The position numbers and the translations under genes were made by a program. 53,103 nt of DNA from Polyangia bacterium (lineage in GTDB: Bacteria; Myxococcota_A; Polyangia; Fen-1088). Under the pieces are notes generated by a model, which did no database searches, was not told the DNA's origin, and saw only the letters and a list, made by a program, of their open reading frames with translations. The stretch covers positions 1 through 53,103 of the forward strand of contig DASYEX010000027.1 of NCBI GenBank assembly GCA_036498765.1, given 5' to 3'. Positions 1 through 10,729 of this stretch are shown here, piece by piece; the first letter of the stretch is position 1; each line of letters starts with the position of its first letter.

Positions 1-1525
1 CGGAGACCGCCACCTCGACCCGGCGCGCGTCGCTGCGCAGCGGGGCGGCCGGCGCGCGCGGGCGGCGGGCCGTCACCGCGCCGAGCAGCCGCGCCACCAG
101 CGGGTCGGGGACGTCGAGCACCGCGGGGGCGCGCGCCGCGGTGGCAGCCGGCGGCGTGTCGAGGTGCTGGCCGAGCGTGAACACCAGCGCGTTGGCGGCG
201 AAGAGGCGCAGCTCGCGGTGGTTCCCCGGCCAGTCGTGCGCCGTCAGCCGCTCGAGCGCCTCGCGGCTCACGAAGATCGAGAAGGCGTCGCGCCGCGCGC
301 CGGCCGCGCGCGGGCGCCCGAAGTGCACCGTGCTCTCGCCGTCGGCGAAGTCGTCGGGCGTGGGGAAGCGGGCCAGGTAGGCGCGCACCAGCGGCCGCAG
401 CGGTTCGGAGCACAGCGCCTCGAGAAAAGCGAAGCGCACGAGCTCGGGCAGGTCGGTCAGCCGCTCGCGCAGCGCCGGCACGCGCACCCGCGTAGCGGGA
501 TTGAGCCGCATGTAGAGGTCCGAGCGAAAACGTCCCGCGCGCACCAGCGCCTCGACGTCCTCGTTCGTCGCCGCCACCAGCTTGGGCGCCGCCGGCCGCG
601 GGCGCGCGTCGCCGAGCCGGGTGACCGCGCCGCGTTCGAGCACCAGCAAGAGCTGCCGCTGCAGATCGAGATCCAGGTTGGCGATCTCGTCGAGGAACAG
701 CGTCCCGCCGTGCGCCTGTTCGAACACGCCGGCGTGGTCCTCGACGGCGCCGGTGTAGGCGCCGCGCCGGGCGCCGAAGAGGTGCGCCGCCAGGAGCGGG
801 GGCGGCACCGTCGACAGATCGGTCACGATGAGCGGCCCCTTGGCGCCCGAGCGCGGGTGAATCACGTGCTCGGCCAGGAAGCTCTTGCCGGTGCCGGTCT
901 CCCCCTCGACGAGCACCGGCAGGGGCGAGCGGGCGGCCGCCTCGATCTGCCGCCGCAGCTCGGTCATGGCCGGGGCGCGCCCCCAGAAGATCGGCCCCTC
1001 CTGGGCGCTGTGGGAGAGCGCCAGCGCGCGCGAGATCTCCGCCGCCAGACTCCGGCTGTCGACCACCTCGTTCTCGCACAGGTAGACGAGTGGATCGACC
1101 GGGCGCTCGGCGCCGAGGTCGGAGCCGGTGGTGGTCAGCATGACCACCGGCAGCGTCGGGTAGCTGGCGCGCAGCTGGTCGAGGATGAGCAGCCCCTGGC
1201 GCCGTCGGAGATGTTCCAGCGCCCCGCGTCGGGCCTTGGGCTCCTCGGGCAGCGCCGACTTGTCCTGGGGCAAGAGGCGCTCTTCCGGGAGCGCGAAGTG
1301 GAGATCTAGCACCACCAGGTCGGGGAGCGCGGCCTGCCGCCCCAGCGCCTCCGCCGCCTCGGCGTAGTCGTGCGCGCAGCGCAGCGGACAGCCGCGCGTC
1401 CGCTCCTCGCAGACCTGACAGGGAATGCTGCGGTCGCAGCGGGTGACCGTCTCGAACTGTGGCATCTGGCGATGCACCATCTCGACGGTCTGGTCACGGT
1501 CGTCGATCACGAGCAGTCGCGGCAT
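1..1525 (-). CDS. sigma-54-dependent transcriptional activator (bEBP); C-terminal end lies beyond the window
   Basis: Absent from the ORF track (no stop in window). Own translation from ATG (complement 1523-1525) gives MPRLLVIDDRDQ... Receiver-like N-terminus (RLLVIDD, VVLDLHF, VVMLTT). AAA+ Walker A GETGTGKS and Walker B GGTLFLDEI. GAFTGA-loop variant GAYTGA. Sensor-II-like WPGNHRELR. Confidence 0.85.
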   Translation of the reverse strand, partial: MPRLLVIDDRDQTVEMVHRQMPQFETVTRCDRSIPCQVCEERTRGCPLRCAHDYAEAAEALGRQAALPDLVVLDLHFALPEERLLPQDKSALPEEPKARRGALEHLRRRQGLLILDQLRASYPTLPVVMLTTTGSDLGAERPVDPLVYLCENEVVDSRSLAAEISRALALSHSAQEGPIFWGRAPAMTELRRQIEAAARSPLPVLVEGETGTGKSFLAEHVIHPRSGAKGPLIVTDLSTVPPPLLAAHLFGARRGAYTGAVEDHAGVFEQAHGGTLFLDEIANLDLDLQRQLLLVLERGAVTRLGDARPRPAAPKLVAATNEDVEALVRAGRFRSDLYMRLNPATRVRVPALRERLTDLPELVRFAFLEALCSEPLRPLVRAYLARFPTPDDFADGESTVHFGRPRAAGARRDAFSIFVSREALERLTAHDWPGNHRELRLFAANALVFTLGQHLDTPPAATAARAPAVLDVPDPLVARLLGAVTARRPRAPAAPLRSDARRVEVAVS

Positions 1526-1852
1526 CTACCGTCCTCCTTTCAAGGCGCGCGCCATCCGGTCGAACGCCGGCTCCAGCGCCAGCACGCCGTCGACGTCGCC
1601 CGCGGCGGCGGCGGCCAGCGCGGTCCCCAGCTCCGCCTCGAAAGCATCCGCGGCCGCCCCGCCCGGGCCCTCGGCCTTGAACGTGGCCCACAGCGCGGGC
1701 GCGGCGATGGGCGCCCCCTCGTCGTCGACGAGGCGCGCGACCAGCTCGCCGGGAGCGGGCGCACCGCCCACGTCGCGCCGATCGCGCGCGGGCCAGAGGA
1801 GGCGCTTCACCAGATCGTGCCGGACGCGGGCCAGCCAGGCGTCGGTCTCCAC
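1526..1852 (-). CDS. small hypothetical protein (108 aa), abutting the sigma-54 activator
   Basis: In-frame GTG (complement 1850-1852) inside track ORF 1526..1993. The part of that ORF upstream of the GTG crosses an A/T island and is unlikely to be coding. Stop TAG (1526-1528) directly abuts the activator ATG (1523-1525). No domain recognised. Confidence 0.45.
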   Translation of the reverse strand: METDAWLARVRHDLVKRLLWPARDRRDVGGAPAPGELVARLVDDEGAPIAAPALWATFKAEGPGGAAADAFEAELGTALAAAAAGDVDGVLALEPAFDRMARALKGGR

Positions 1853-1858
1853 GTCTCG

Positions 1859-1864
1859 ATTATA
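1859..1864 (-). promoter_or_regulatory. perfect TATAAT -10 hexamer on the minus strand, 6 nt from the GTG at 1852 (possible leaderless transcript)
   Basis: Plus-strand attata at 1859-1864 lies inside a roughly 35-nt A/T tract (1858-1892). No good -35 and no SD before the GTG. Confidence 0.35.
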
Positions 1865-1950
1865 TAGAAGTAAATATTTAAAACATAGAGCACCGCCATG
1901 CGGGGGCCAGGCTGGCGCAATAGCGCGGGCCGGGCGCGGCCGCATTCGGC

Positions 1951-1966
1951 CGGCACGGCGGCTGCA
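1951..1966 (+). promoter_or_regulatory. sigma-54-type -24/-12 promoter candidate upstream of the SPFH gene
   Basis: cGGCACGgcggcTGCA versus consensus TGGCACG-N4-TTGCW. GG (1952-1953) and GC (1964-1965) have the canonical spacing, and 10 of 12 conserved positions match. SD AAGGAG 1984-1989 and ATG 1996 follow. A bEBP gene is divergently adjacent. Confidence 0.4.
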
Positions 1967-1995
1967 GTCGCCAGGGCCGTCGAAAGGAGCCACTT

Positions 1996-3294
1996 ATGGA
2001 CACAGTCAAGGACCGCCTCAAAAAGCTCGCCCACGGTTGCTACATCTTCATCCGCGCTGCCGGCGCCGCCGTCGTGCTCGGCTGCATCGAGGTCTTCGGC
2101 AGCGCCCGCGGCCGCCGCTCCCTAGGAATTGCCGCGTTCATCGCGTTGGCGGTGCTGATCTATTTTCGCCCGCCCGTGCAGGTCGTTCCGTCGGGGGAGG
2201 TCGGCATCCGCATCAATCGCCTCACGGGCGGCGTCACCGTCGTCCCCGAGGGGCCCACGCTGATGGTCCCGCTGGTGCACGAGCTGCGGCGCTATCCGCT
2301 GCGCGACCAGATTTACCGCCCGACCGACAGCGCCACCGCCGCCGGCGCGGCCCCCTTCCAGTCGGTCGAGGGGTTGTCGATCGGCGTGGCGGTCACGGTC
2401 CGTTACGCGCTCGACCCGGCGCGCGTGGGCGAGGTGGCCAAGCGGCTGCCGGTCAACGTGAGTGCGGATCTCATCGAGCCGGTCGTCGACGGCGTGCTTC
2501 ACCGTGCGCTCTCCAAGCACACGGTGCGCGAGATCTTCACGGACAAGCGGGTCGAGATCCAGGACGACGTCCAGGCCGAGCTCTCCGCGTTGCTGGGCAA
2601 GGACGGCATCACCGTCCGCTCGCTCTACCTCGGGCACGTCGACCTGCCGGAGCAGTACCGCGCCGGCCTCGAGGGGATGCTGGCCGAGGAGCTGGCCACC
2701 GAGAAGATGCGCTACACGCTGGCGCTCAAGGAGAAGAAGGTGAAGGAGTCGGAGCTGGAGGGCGACGCCGCCAAGGTCCAGCGCGAGAAGGCGGCCGAGG
2801 CCGCCGCCTCCGAGGAGATCATCGGCGCCAAGGCGCGCGAGGAGGCGATGAAGCACGTGCTCCCGCTCAAGGAGAAGGAGATCGAGCAGCGCCGCCTCGA
2901 GGCCGAGGCGCGCAAGGTGCAGCGGATCAAGGACGCCGAGGGCGAGGCCGAGGCACGCAAGGTCGAGACCGCCGCCGAGGCCGACGCGCGCCGCAAGCTC
3001 TCCGAAGCAGACGCCTACCGCATCGAGGTGACCGGCAAGGCCAACGCCGAGCAGATGGCGCGCGACTCGGCGCTCATCGCCAAGAACCCGCTGCTCATTC
3101 AGAAGACGCTGGCCGACAAGCTCTCCGACAAGATCCAGGTGATCGTCGCGCCGCCGTCGGCGGGCGGGTTCTTCGCGGGCGGTCTGCTCGGGATGCAGGG
3201 ACGCGGGCCGGCCGCGCCGACTCCGTCGGGTCCGTCGTCGATATCGGCCGCCAACGTCACCCCGGCCAGCGCCAACGCCGCGGAGGGCGAATAA
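1996..3294 (+). CDS. SPFH/band-7 (flotillin/prohibitin-like) membrane protein with long Glu/Ala-rich coiled coil
   Basis: ATG preceded by AAGGAG. N-terminal hydrophobic segments. SPFH-like core VVPSGEVGIRINRLTGG...LMVPLVHELRRYPLRDQIY. C-terminal EAEARKV-type repeats. Confidence 0.85.
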   Translation: MDTVKDRLKKLAHGCYIFIRAAGAAVVLGCIEVFGSARGRRSLGIAAFIALAVLIYFRPPVQVVPSGEVGIRINRLTGGVTVVPEGPTLMVPLVHELRRYPLRDQIYRPTDSATAAGAAPFQSVEGLSIGVAVTVRYALDPARVGEVAKRLPVNVSADLIEPVVDGVLHRALSKHTVREIFTDKRVEIQDDVQAELSALLGKDGITVRSLYLGHVDLPEQYRAGLEGMLAEELATEKMRYTLALKEKKVKESELEGDAAKVQREKAAEAAASEEIIGAKAREEAMKHVLPLKEKEIEQRRLEAEARKVQRIKDAEGEAEARKVETAAEADARRKLSEADAYRIEVTGKANAEQMARDSALIAKNPLLIQKTLADKLSDKIQVIVAPPSAGGFFAGGLLGMQGRGPAAPTPSGPSSISAANVTPASANAAEGE

Positions 3295-4736
3295 TGACCC
3301 CCGCGGCTATCCTGCTGGTCGCCCTGGTCGCGGAGGATCCGGCCGTCCTGCGCAACGCCCCCCGCGACAACGCCCCCGCGCAGGCCACGCTGTGGCGCGG
3401 GGACTGGCTCGAGGTGCGCGGAGAAGCGGCCGGCTTCCTCAAGGTCTACGACCACCGGCACGAGCGCCCCGGATACATCCGCCCCTCGCAGGTTCGGGAG
3501 TATCGCGTCGACGAGAGTGCGGCGTCCGAGCTCGCCGCCGTCGTCCGCTTTCTGCGCGACGCCGCCGGGTACGAGTCGCTGGGGATCGGCTACGCGGCGC
3601 TCGCCCTGCGCGCCGCGCCGGCCGGCGCCGACACCAGCGAGCTGCTCGCCTCGATCGGTAGCATGGCCGACCGCCTGGCCCGGCGGGCCTCGGCGCGGCG
3701 CGCGGACAGCAAGGACGCGGCGCTGGCCGCGCACGTCGGGGTGGCCGAGAGCTACGGCGTGAAGTTCACGGTCGTCGACCCGACCGAGCCGGGCGGCCGC
3801 GGGCGCGTCTGCTACGACGGCGAGGCCTGGGCCGCGGTCCTCGCCGTGCCGGCCGCACAGCCGGCCGAGCGGGCGCGCGCCGCGCTCTCGCTGTCGGTCG
3901 ATCCTTGCCGTGATCCGCTGCAGCCGGTCGCAGAGGCGCGGCTCTGGAACGACCGCCGGCTGCGCGCCCTCGAGTCGATCGACTTCGCGGCGGCCGGCGC
4001 GTTGCCGGCGGCGCTGGGCGGTCGGGTCCGCCTGCGGCACGCCGAGGCGCTGGCCTGGCGGGCCTTCGACGAGGCGAGGCAGGCCCACGGCGACGCGGCC
4101 GCGCGCGCCGAGGCCGCCGCTGTGCGCGAGCTGGCGCTCTGCGACCGAGGCGTTTTGGCCCCCGAGGACCTCGACCTCTACGACGAGACCGCCGTCCGCG
4201 TGGCGGCCTCGCGCTGGGCGACCGAGACACCGCCCAGAGCCAACCCGGCGCGCAAGACCGCCGTGGTGTTCGCCCCCGGCCAGCCGGGCGAGACCTGCGT
4301 CCGGGTCACCGGCGGCGCCGGCGACAAGACCCACCTCCTGGGCGAGCGCTGCACCTTCGGCGTCGTCTGGTCGAGCGCGCTGCGCTGGGCTCCCTCGGGC
4401 GACGTTGCGACGCTGGCCGTCCAGCCGCTCGCCGCCTGGACCGAGCTCTGGGTCCTGCGCCGCGCCGCCAACGGGACCTGGGGATTCGAGACGCTGACGC
4501 CTTCCGCGAGCGAGCCCGACGTCGGCTACGTCGAAGCAGCGGGCTTCTCGCCCGACGGCAACCACGTCCTGGTGGTCCGCGAGGCGCGCGCGGCCGGCCA
4601 CCTGTCCCGGCGATTCCAGGTCGTGGACGCCGCGTCGCTGGCGGTCGAGAAGTGGGCCAGCAACGCCGACAAGCTGGTCGCCTTCAAACGCTGGAGCGCC
4701 CCCTCCTGGCGCTCCGGCACCCTGGCGCTTAGGTAG
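3294..4736 (+). CDS. hypothetical protein coupled to the SPFH gene (possible SH3-like N-domain, PD40/TolB-like C-terminal motif)
   Basis: Track ORF 1425..4736 is a frame run-through. The start is taken at ATG 3294, overlapping the SPFH stop (TAATG). Hydrophobic N-terminus AAILLVALVA. LWRGDWLEVRGEAAGFLKVY is SH3-like. FSPDGNHVLVV is PD40-like. No confident family. Confidence 0.7.
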   Translation: MTPAAILLVALVAEDPAVLRNAPRDNAPAQATLWRGDWLEVRGEAAGFLKVYDHRHERPGYIRPSQVREYRVDESAASELAAVVRFLRDAAGYESLGIGYAALALRAAPAGADTSELLASIGSMADRLARRASARRADSKDAALAAHVGVAESYGVKFTVVDPTEPGGRGRVCYDGEAWAAVLAVPAAQPAERARAALSLSVDPCRDPLQPVAEARLWNDRRLRALESIDFAAAGALPAALGGRVRLRHAEALAWRAFDEARQAHGDAAARAEAAAVRELALCDRGVLAPEDLDLYDETAVRVAASRWATETPPRANPARKTAVVFAPGQPGETCVRVTGGAGDKTHLLGERCTFGVVWSSALRWAPSGDVATLAVQPLAAWTELWVLRRAANGTWGFETLTPSASEPDVGYVEAAGFSPDGNHVLVVREARAAGHLSRRFQVVDAASLAVEKWASNADKLVAFKRWSAPSWRSGTLALR

Positions 4737-4741
4737 AAGGG

Positions 4742-5023
4742 GAACGGGCCGTAGCGGGCGACCGGCTCGCCGGGTGGGACCCCGCGGAGGAGCAGCCCGC
4801 CGTCTCCGGCAAGCCCACGGAGCCGCACGGCGTCCCCGCTTCCCAGAAGCGCCTCGGCGACCGACCAGTCCTGATAGACGATCGGCGTGTGGGTATCGAC
4901 GACCGCCTGCGTCCCCAGCGCCTGGCCGGCGATCACCCGCACCTTCGCCTTGCCGTCCGGGGTCTCGGCGACCGGGATCTGGGCGGCCGCGATCTCCTGA
5001 TACCGCGGCCGGGTCACGGTCAT
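4742..5023 (-). pseudogene. pirin-family C-terminal-domain remnant
   Basis: Within track ORF 4526..5146. From M42 the sequence is RPRYQEIAAAQIPVAETPDGKAKVRVIAGQALG...TPIVYQDWSV...GEPVARYGPF, which resembles the second cupin domain of pirins. The N-terminal cupin domain is absent, there is an internal shortening, and the usual GPFVMNT tail is replaced by sequence overlapping the 3' end of the convergent gene. Confidence 0.45.
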
Positions 5024-5175
5024 CACGTGTCGCCTCTGTGGAGTCTGTTTCGATGTGTGTGGCGCGCCTCCGGTCACGCACCTCGATTTTCTGCATCCAA
5101 AAAAGCAGACGTTGACCGTGCGGGTCTTACAATGAGTACGTTCCACCCAGACTCAAGGGCAGCGAGGGACCGACG

Positions 5176-5679
5176 ATGCAGTCCACTATGAGTGACGTCG
5201 AGGCCTTGTTGAGCGTCGACGCCGGGCGGGTACCGCCCGGGACCGTGGCGTTCTTTCAGCGCGATCCAGAGCGGACCCAGCGGCGCATCCTGGCGGTGTT
5301 CTCCGCGTTGGTCGGCATCTCCGTGTCGGCCGCCTACCTCGCGGGGTTGAGCCGGCCGCCGATCGCGCTCCTGGCCCTGGGGACGATCGCGCTCTTCATC
5401 ATGGCGCTGCCGCCCGAGCGCGACCCGGAGGAGGCCAGGCGCAAGCGGCCGACGCTGGTGCTGACCGCGAACGGGATGATCGTGCGCGATGGGTCCGGGC
5501 TGCGCAGCTGGAGCTTCGACGACCTCCTCGACGTGCGGCCGTACCTTCACCAGCAGCGGATCGGAGTGCTCATCCTCACCCGCGACGGCCGCCGCCAGTT
5601 CGTCGACACGCTCAGCTTCAAGCGCGGCGAGAAGGTGAACGAGCTGATCGGCCGCCGCCTCAAGCCGCGCGCGGCGTGA
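5176..5679 (+). CDS. membrane protein, two TM helices plus a bacterial-PH-like C-terminal domain
   Basis: Two hydrophobic helices (ILAVFSALVGISVSAAYLAGL, IALLALGTIALFIMAL). These are followed by TLVLTANGMIVRDGSGLRSWSFDDLLDV...GVLILTRDGRRQFV, which has a bPH-like pattern. Confidence 0.6.
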   Translation: MQSTMSDVEALLSVDAGRVPPGTVAFFQRDPERTQRRILAVFSALVGISVSAAYLAGLSRPPIALLALGTIALFIMALPPERDPEEARRKRPTLVLTANGMIVRDGSGLRSWSFDDLLDVRPYLHQQRIGVLILTRDGRRQFVDTLSFKRGEKVNELIGRRLKPRAA

Positions 5680-5703
5680 GCGGCGGCCGCCGCCCTCGGC
5701 AGG

Positions 5704-6372
5704 TCAGATCGCGATCGCCAGACCGAAGTAGACGCCGATGGTGGTGACCTTGGTCGGCTTGCCGGAGAGACCGAAGTCCAGTGTCGGCCCGAAGGTGATG
5801 GCGAGGTGAGGTGACACGACGGCCGCGGCCAGCGCGTCGATGGTGAGGGCCAGGAAGTTGAAGCTCGACGAGCTGTAGACGTAGGTGATGCCCGCCCGCG
5901 GCCAGACGCCGAGCCAGGGACCGACCATCTGCGCATACCCGATGCGGGGAGCGATTTCGAAGGCGTTGGTGCTGGTGACCGGGGCTGAGGTGGTGGTGCG
6001 CGAGAAGGAGATGGCGCCGCCGGCGCTGATCCCCTTGGTGACGAAAGCGTCGAAAGCGAGGCGCGGCCACTGATAGGTGTTCACCCCCGGTCCGGCAAAT
6101 CCGTTCGAGAGGAGGGCGAACGTGGTGGCCGTCTGGCCGTTCGAGGGGTGGTTGTAGTTGAAGCCGAACAGGTTCTCGGCCGAGAGTACGAGCTGGCCGC
6201 CGTCGCCGAAGCCGGCCGGGCCCGTGGGGGCCGGCGCCGCCGGAGCGCTGGACTTCGAACCCGGTGTCTCGAGGTCCTGCGCGCGCACTCCCGCCGCCGA
6301 CAACACGACCGCCAGTCCGAGGAGGCCCTGCAACATCCGTCTGTGGTTGCTGGTCATTCTTGGTCCTTTCAT
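5704..6372 (-). CDS. small outer-membrane beta-barrel protein
   Basis: Signal peptide LLGLAVVLSAAGVRAQ. Alternating beta-strand pattern rich in Gly/aromatic residues through to the C-terminus. Confidence 0.65.
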   Translation of the reverse strand: MKGPRMTSNHRRMLQGLLGLAVVLSAAGVRAQDLETPGSKSSAPAAPAPTGPAGFGDGGQLVLSAENLFGFNYNHPSNGQTATTFALLSNGFAGPGVNTYQWPRLAFDAFVTKGISAGGAISFSRTTTSAPVTSTNAFEIAPRIGYAQMVGPWLGVWPRAGITYVYSSSSFNFLALTIDALAAAVVSPHLAITFGPTLDFGLSGKPTKVTTIGVYFGLAIAI

Positions 6373-6471
6373 GTCGGGTTAGAGCCGGACGCCAGCCCAA
6401 ACCATCGCCGAAAGGGGAGTTAAGTCAACTGTTGTCGACGGAGGCCGAGCCGGTCAAGATCGCGCGGCACC

Positions 6472-9167
<2,696 letters not shown>

Positions 9168-9171
<4 letters not shown>

Positions 9172-9599
9172 CGGCGGCGCGGTCTCTCGCCGAGTTGGTT
9201 CGGGCCTTCCTGGACGGGACGCTGGCGCGCGCCGAGTGGACGCACGAGGCGCACCTCCGGGTCGGCGCCTGGCACGTTCATCACCACGGCGCCGATGGTG
9301 CGCTGCTGCTCTTGCGCGAGCGGATCCGCCGCCTCAATGACCGCCACGGAACTGTGAACAGCGCGACGGGCGGCTACCACGAGACGATCACGGCGGCCTA
9401 CGCGCGCCTCATCGCCGATTTTCTGGCGGCGGATCCGACCGCCGAGCTCGAGCCGCGGGTCGCGGCGCTGCTGGCCAGCTCCCTCGCCGAACGCGCGGCG
9501 CTGTTTCGTTACTGGTCGCGCGAGCGGCTCCTGTCGCCCGAGGCGCGGGCCGCCTGGCTGCCCCCCGACCTGGCGCTGCTCCGCTGGCCGGCAGCCTGA
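9168..9599 (+). CDS. hypothetical His-rich protein (143 aa), coupled to the GH63-like gene
   Basis: ATG 9168 overlaps the upstream stop (ATGA). Coding-like composition. EWTHEAHLRVGAWHVHHHG. No family recognised. Confidence 0.6.
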
Positions 9600-9654
9600 G
9601 CGTGGCTTCCGGCGCTTCCTTGCCGGCGTTCCGCGAAACGACTACCGTCGCGGC

Positions 9655-10713
9655 ATGCGCGAGGCGCGAGCTCGGCGATGGGGGGGCGTTGCCGCCGCGC
9701 TCGCGGCGCTGGCGGGCGGCTGCGGCGGCGGCTCCGGGGCCGGCGGGACGCCGACGCTGGCGACCGCCTGCGCCGATTACGCGATGAAGATCTGCACCGC
9801 CGCGCAGAAGTGCGAGCCGGGGGTGTTGCAATACTTCTATCCGGCCGGTCTTCCGAGCTGCGTCTCGACCTCCAAGCTCGCCTGCGAAGCCTCCGTCGAG
9901 GCGCCGCACTCCGGGGCCACCGCGGCCTTGTTCGAGAGTTGCGGGAGCGCCCTCGCGGGCATGACCTGTGCCCAGTACTTTTCCGCCTCGAACGACCCGA
10001 GCTGCCTCCCCCACGGCGGCACCATCCCCACCGGCGGCTCCTGCGGAGATTCCTGGCAGTGCGCGACGGGCCGCTGCGCCGTCACGGGCGCCGACTGCGG
10101 CACCTGCGTGGCCCAGGCCGGCCTCGGCGGGCTCTGCACGGGAGGCGAGTGCGCCGACGGGCTGGTCTGCTCGGCGTCGGCGCGCGGCTCGACGAGCTCC
10201 GTCTGCTCGAGGCCGGTGTCGCTGGGCGACCCCTGCTTCGACGCGAGCGTCTGCCCCAGCAACTCCTCCTGCGGGGCGGCCACCGCGACCTGCGATCCGC
10301 TGCCGACCGGCGGCCAGGCCTGCGACACGATGAACACGTTCTGTGACGTCTCGCAGAGCCTCTTCCTCTGCGATCCCTACCTCGCCGTCTGCGAAGCGCC
10401 CGCCGCGCCCGTCGCGCCCGGTCGGCCCTGCGGCTGGCTCACCACCACCTCGCCCTACGTCGCCTGTGACGGCCTCTGCGTGCTCAATCCGGGAAGCAAC
10501 GCCGGCACCTGCTTCTCGGCGCTCGCGCAGGGACAGGCCTGCACCAGCGCCGATCTCTGCGGCTACAACCTGGAGTGCCTGGGAGGCGTTTGCGTCCCGG
10601 TCGGACCGACGGCCTGCGACGGCACACCCGTCGACGCCGGGACCACACCCGACGACGCCGGGAGCGCGCCCGTCGACGGCGCGGCTGACGGCGCGACTGA
10701 CGCCACACGCTGA
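9655..10713 (+). CDS. Cys-rich repeat lipoprotein
   Basis: Lipobox ALAALAGGC. Gly-rich linker. About six tandem C-x-C-x-G-x-C type modules (GGSCGDSWQCATGRC, GGLCTGGECADGLVC, GDPCFDASVCPSNSSC, ...), resembling myxobacterial cysteine-rich repeats. Confidence 0.7.
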   Translation: MREARARRWGGVAAALAALAGGCGGGSGAGGTPTLATACADYAMKICTAAQKCEPGVLQYFYPAGLPSCVSTSKLACEASVEAPHSGATAALFESCGSALAGMTCAQYFSASNDPSCLPHGGTIPTGGSCGDSWQCATGRCAVTGADCGTCVAQAGLGGLCTGGECADGLVCSASARGSTSSVCSRPVSLGDPCFDASVCPSNSSCGAATATCDPLPTGGQACDTMNTFCDVSQSLFLCDPYLAVCEAPAAPVAPGRPCGWLTTTSPYVACDGLCVLNPGSNAGTCFSALAQGQACTSADLCGYNLECLGGVCVPVGPTACDGTPVDAGTTPDDAGSAPVDGAADGATDATR

Positions 10714-10729
10714 GCGGACGGCCGCTCAG
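10710..10729. terminator. 8-bp stem / 4-nt loop hairpin containing both convergent stop codons (bidirectional terminator candidate)
   Basis: cTGAGCGG-acgg-CCGCTCAg. TGA 10711-10713 ends the plus gene and TCA 10726-10728 is the stop of the minus gene. No U-tract. Confidence 0.35.

Noticed and set aside
164-1309. 381-aa plus-strand ORF (and nested 141..380, 885..1085, 1185..1367)
   Set aside because: It is antisense to the clearly recognisable sigma-54 activator. Its translation is Arg/Gly/Pro/Ala-dominated with no motifs, which is the typical shadow ORF of GC-rich DNA.
1460-1476. TGGCAT-N-GATGCA, sigma-54-like sequence
   Set aside because: The GG-to-GC spacing is one nucleotide too long, and it lies inside the activator coding sequence with no downstream plus-strand gene.
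1425-3293. 5' two-thirds of the 1103-aa track ORF 1425..4736
   Set aside because: It runs through the regulator gene, the intergenic A/T island and the SPFH gene in a wrong frame (Arg/Pro/Ala-rich). Only the part from ATG 3294 onward looks like real protein.
3099-5096. 665-aa minus-strand ORF
   Set aside because: It is antisense to genes 1996..3294 and 3294..4736 and has extreme Arg/Gly/Pro composition. Only its extreme 5' neighbourhood overlaps the pirin remnant, which is in a different frame.
5112-5133. TTGACC ... TACAAT promoter-like hexamers upstream of gene 5176
   Set aside because: The spacer is only 10 nt (5118-5127), which is incompatible with a sigma-70 -35/-10 pair. No alternative -35 lies at 16-18 nt.
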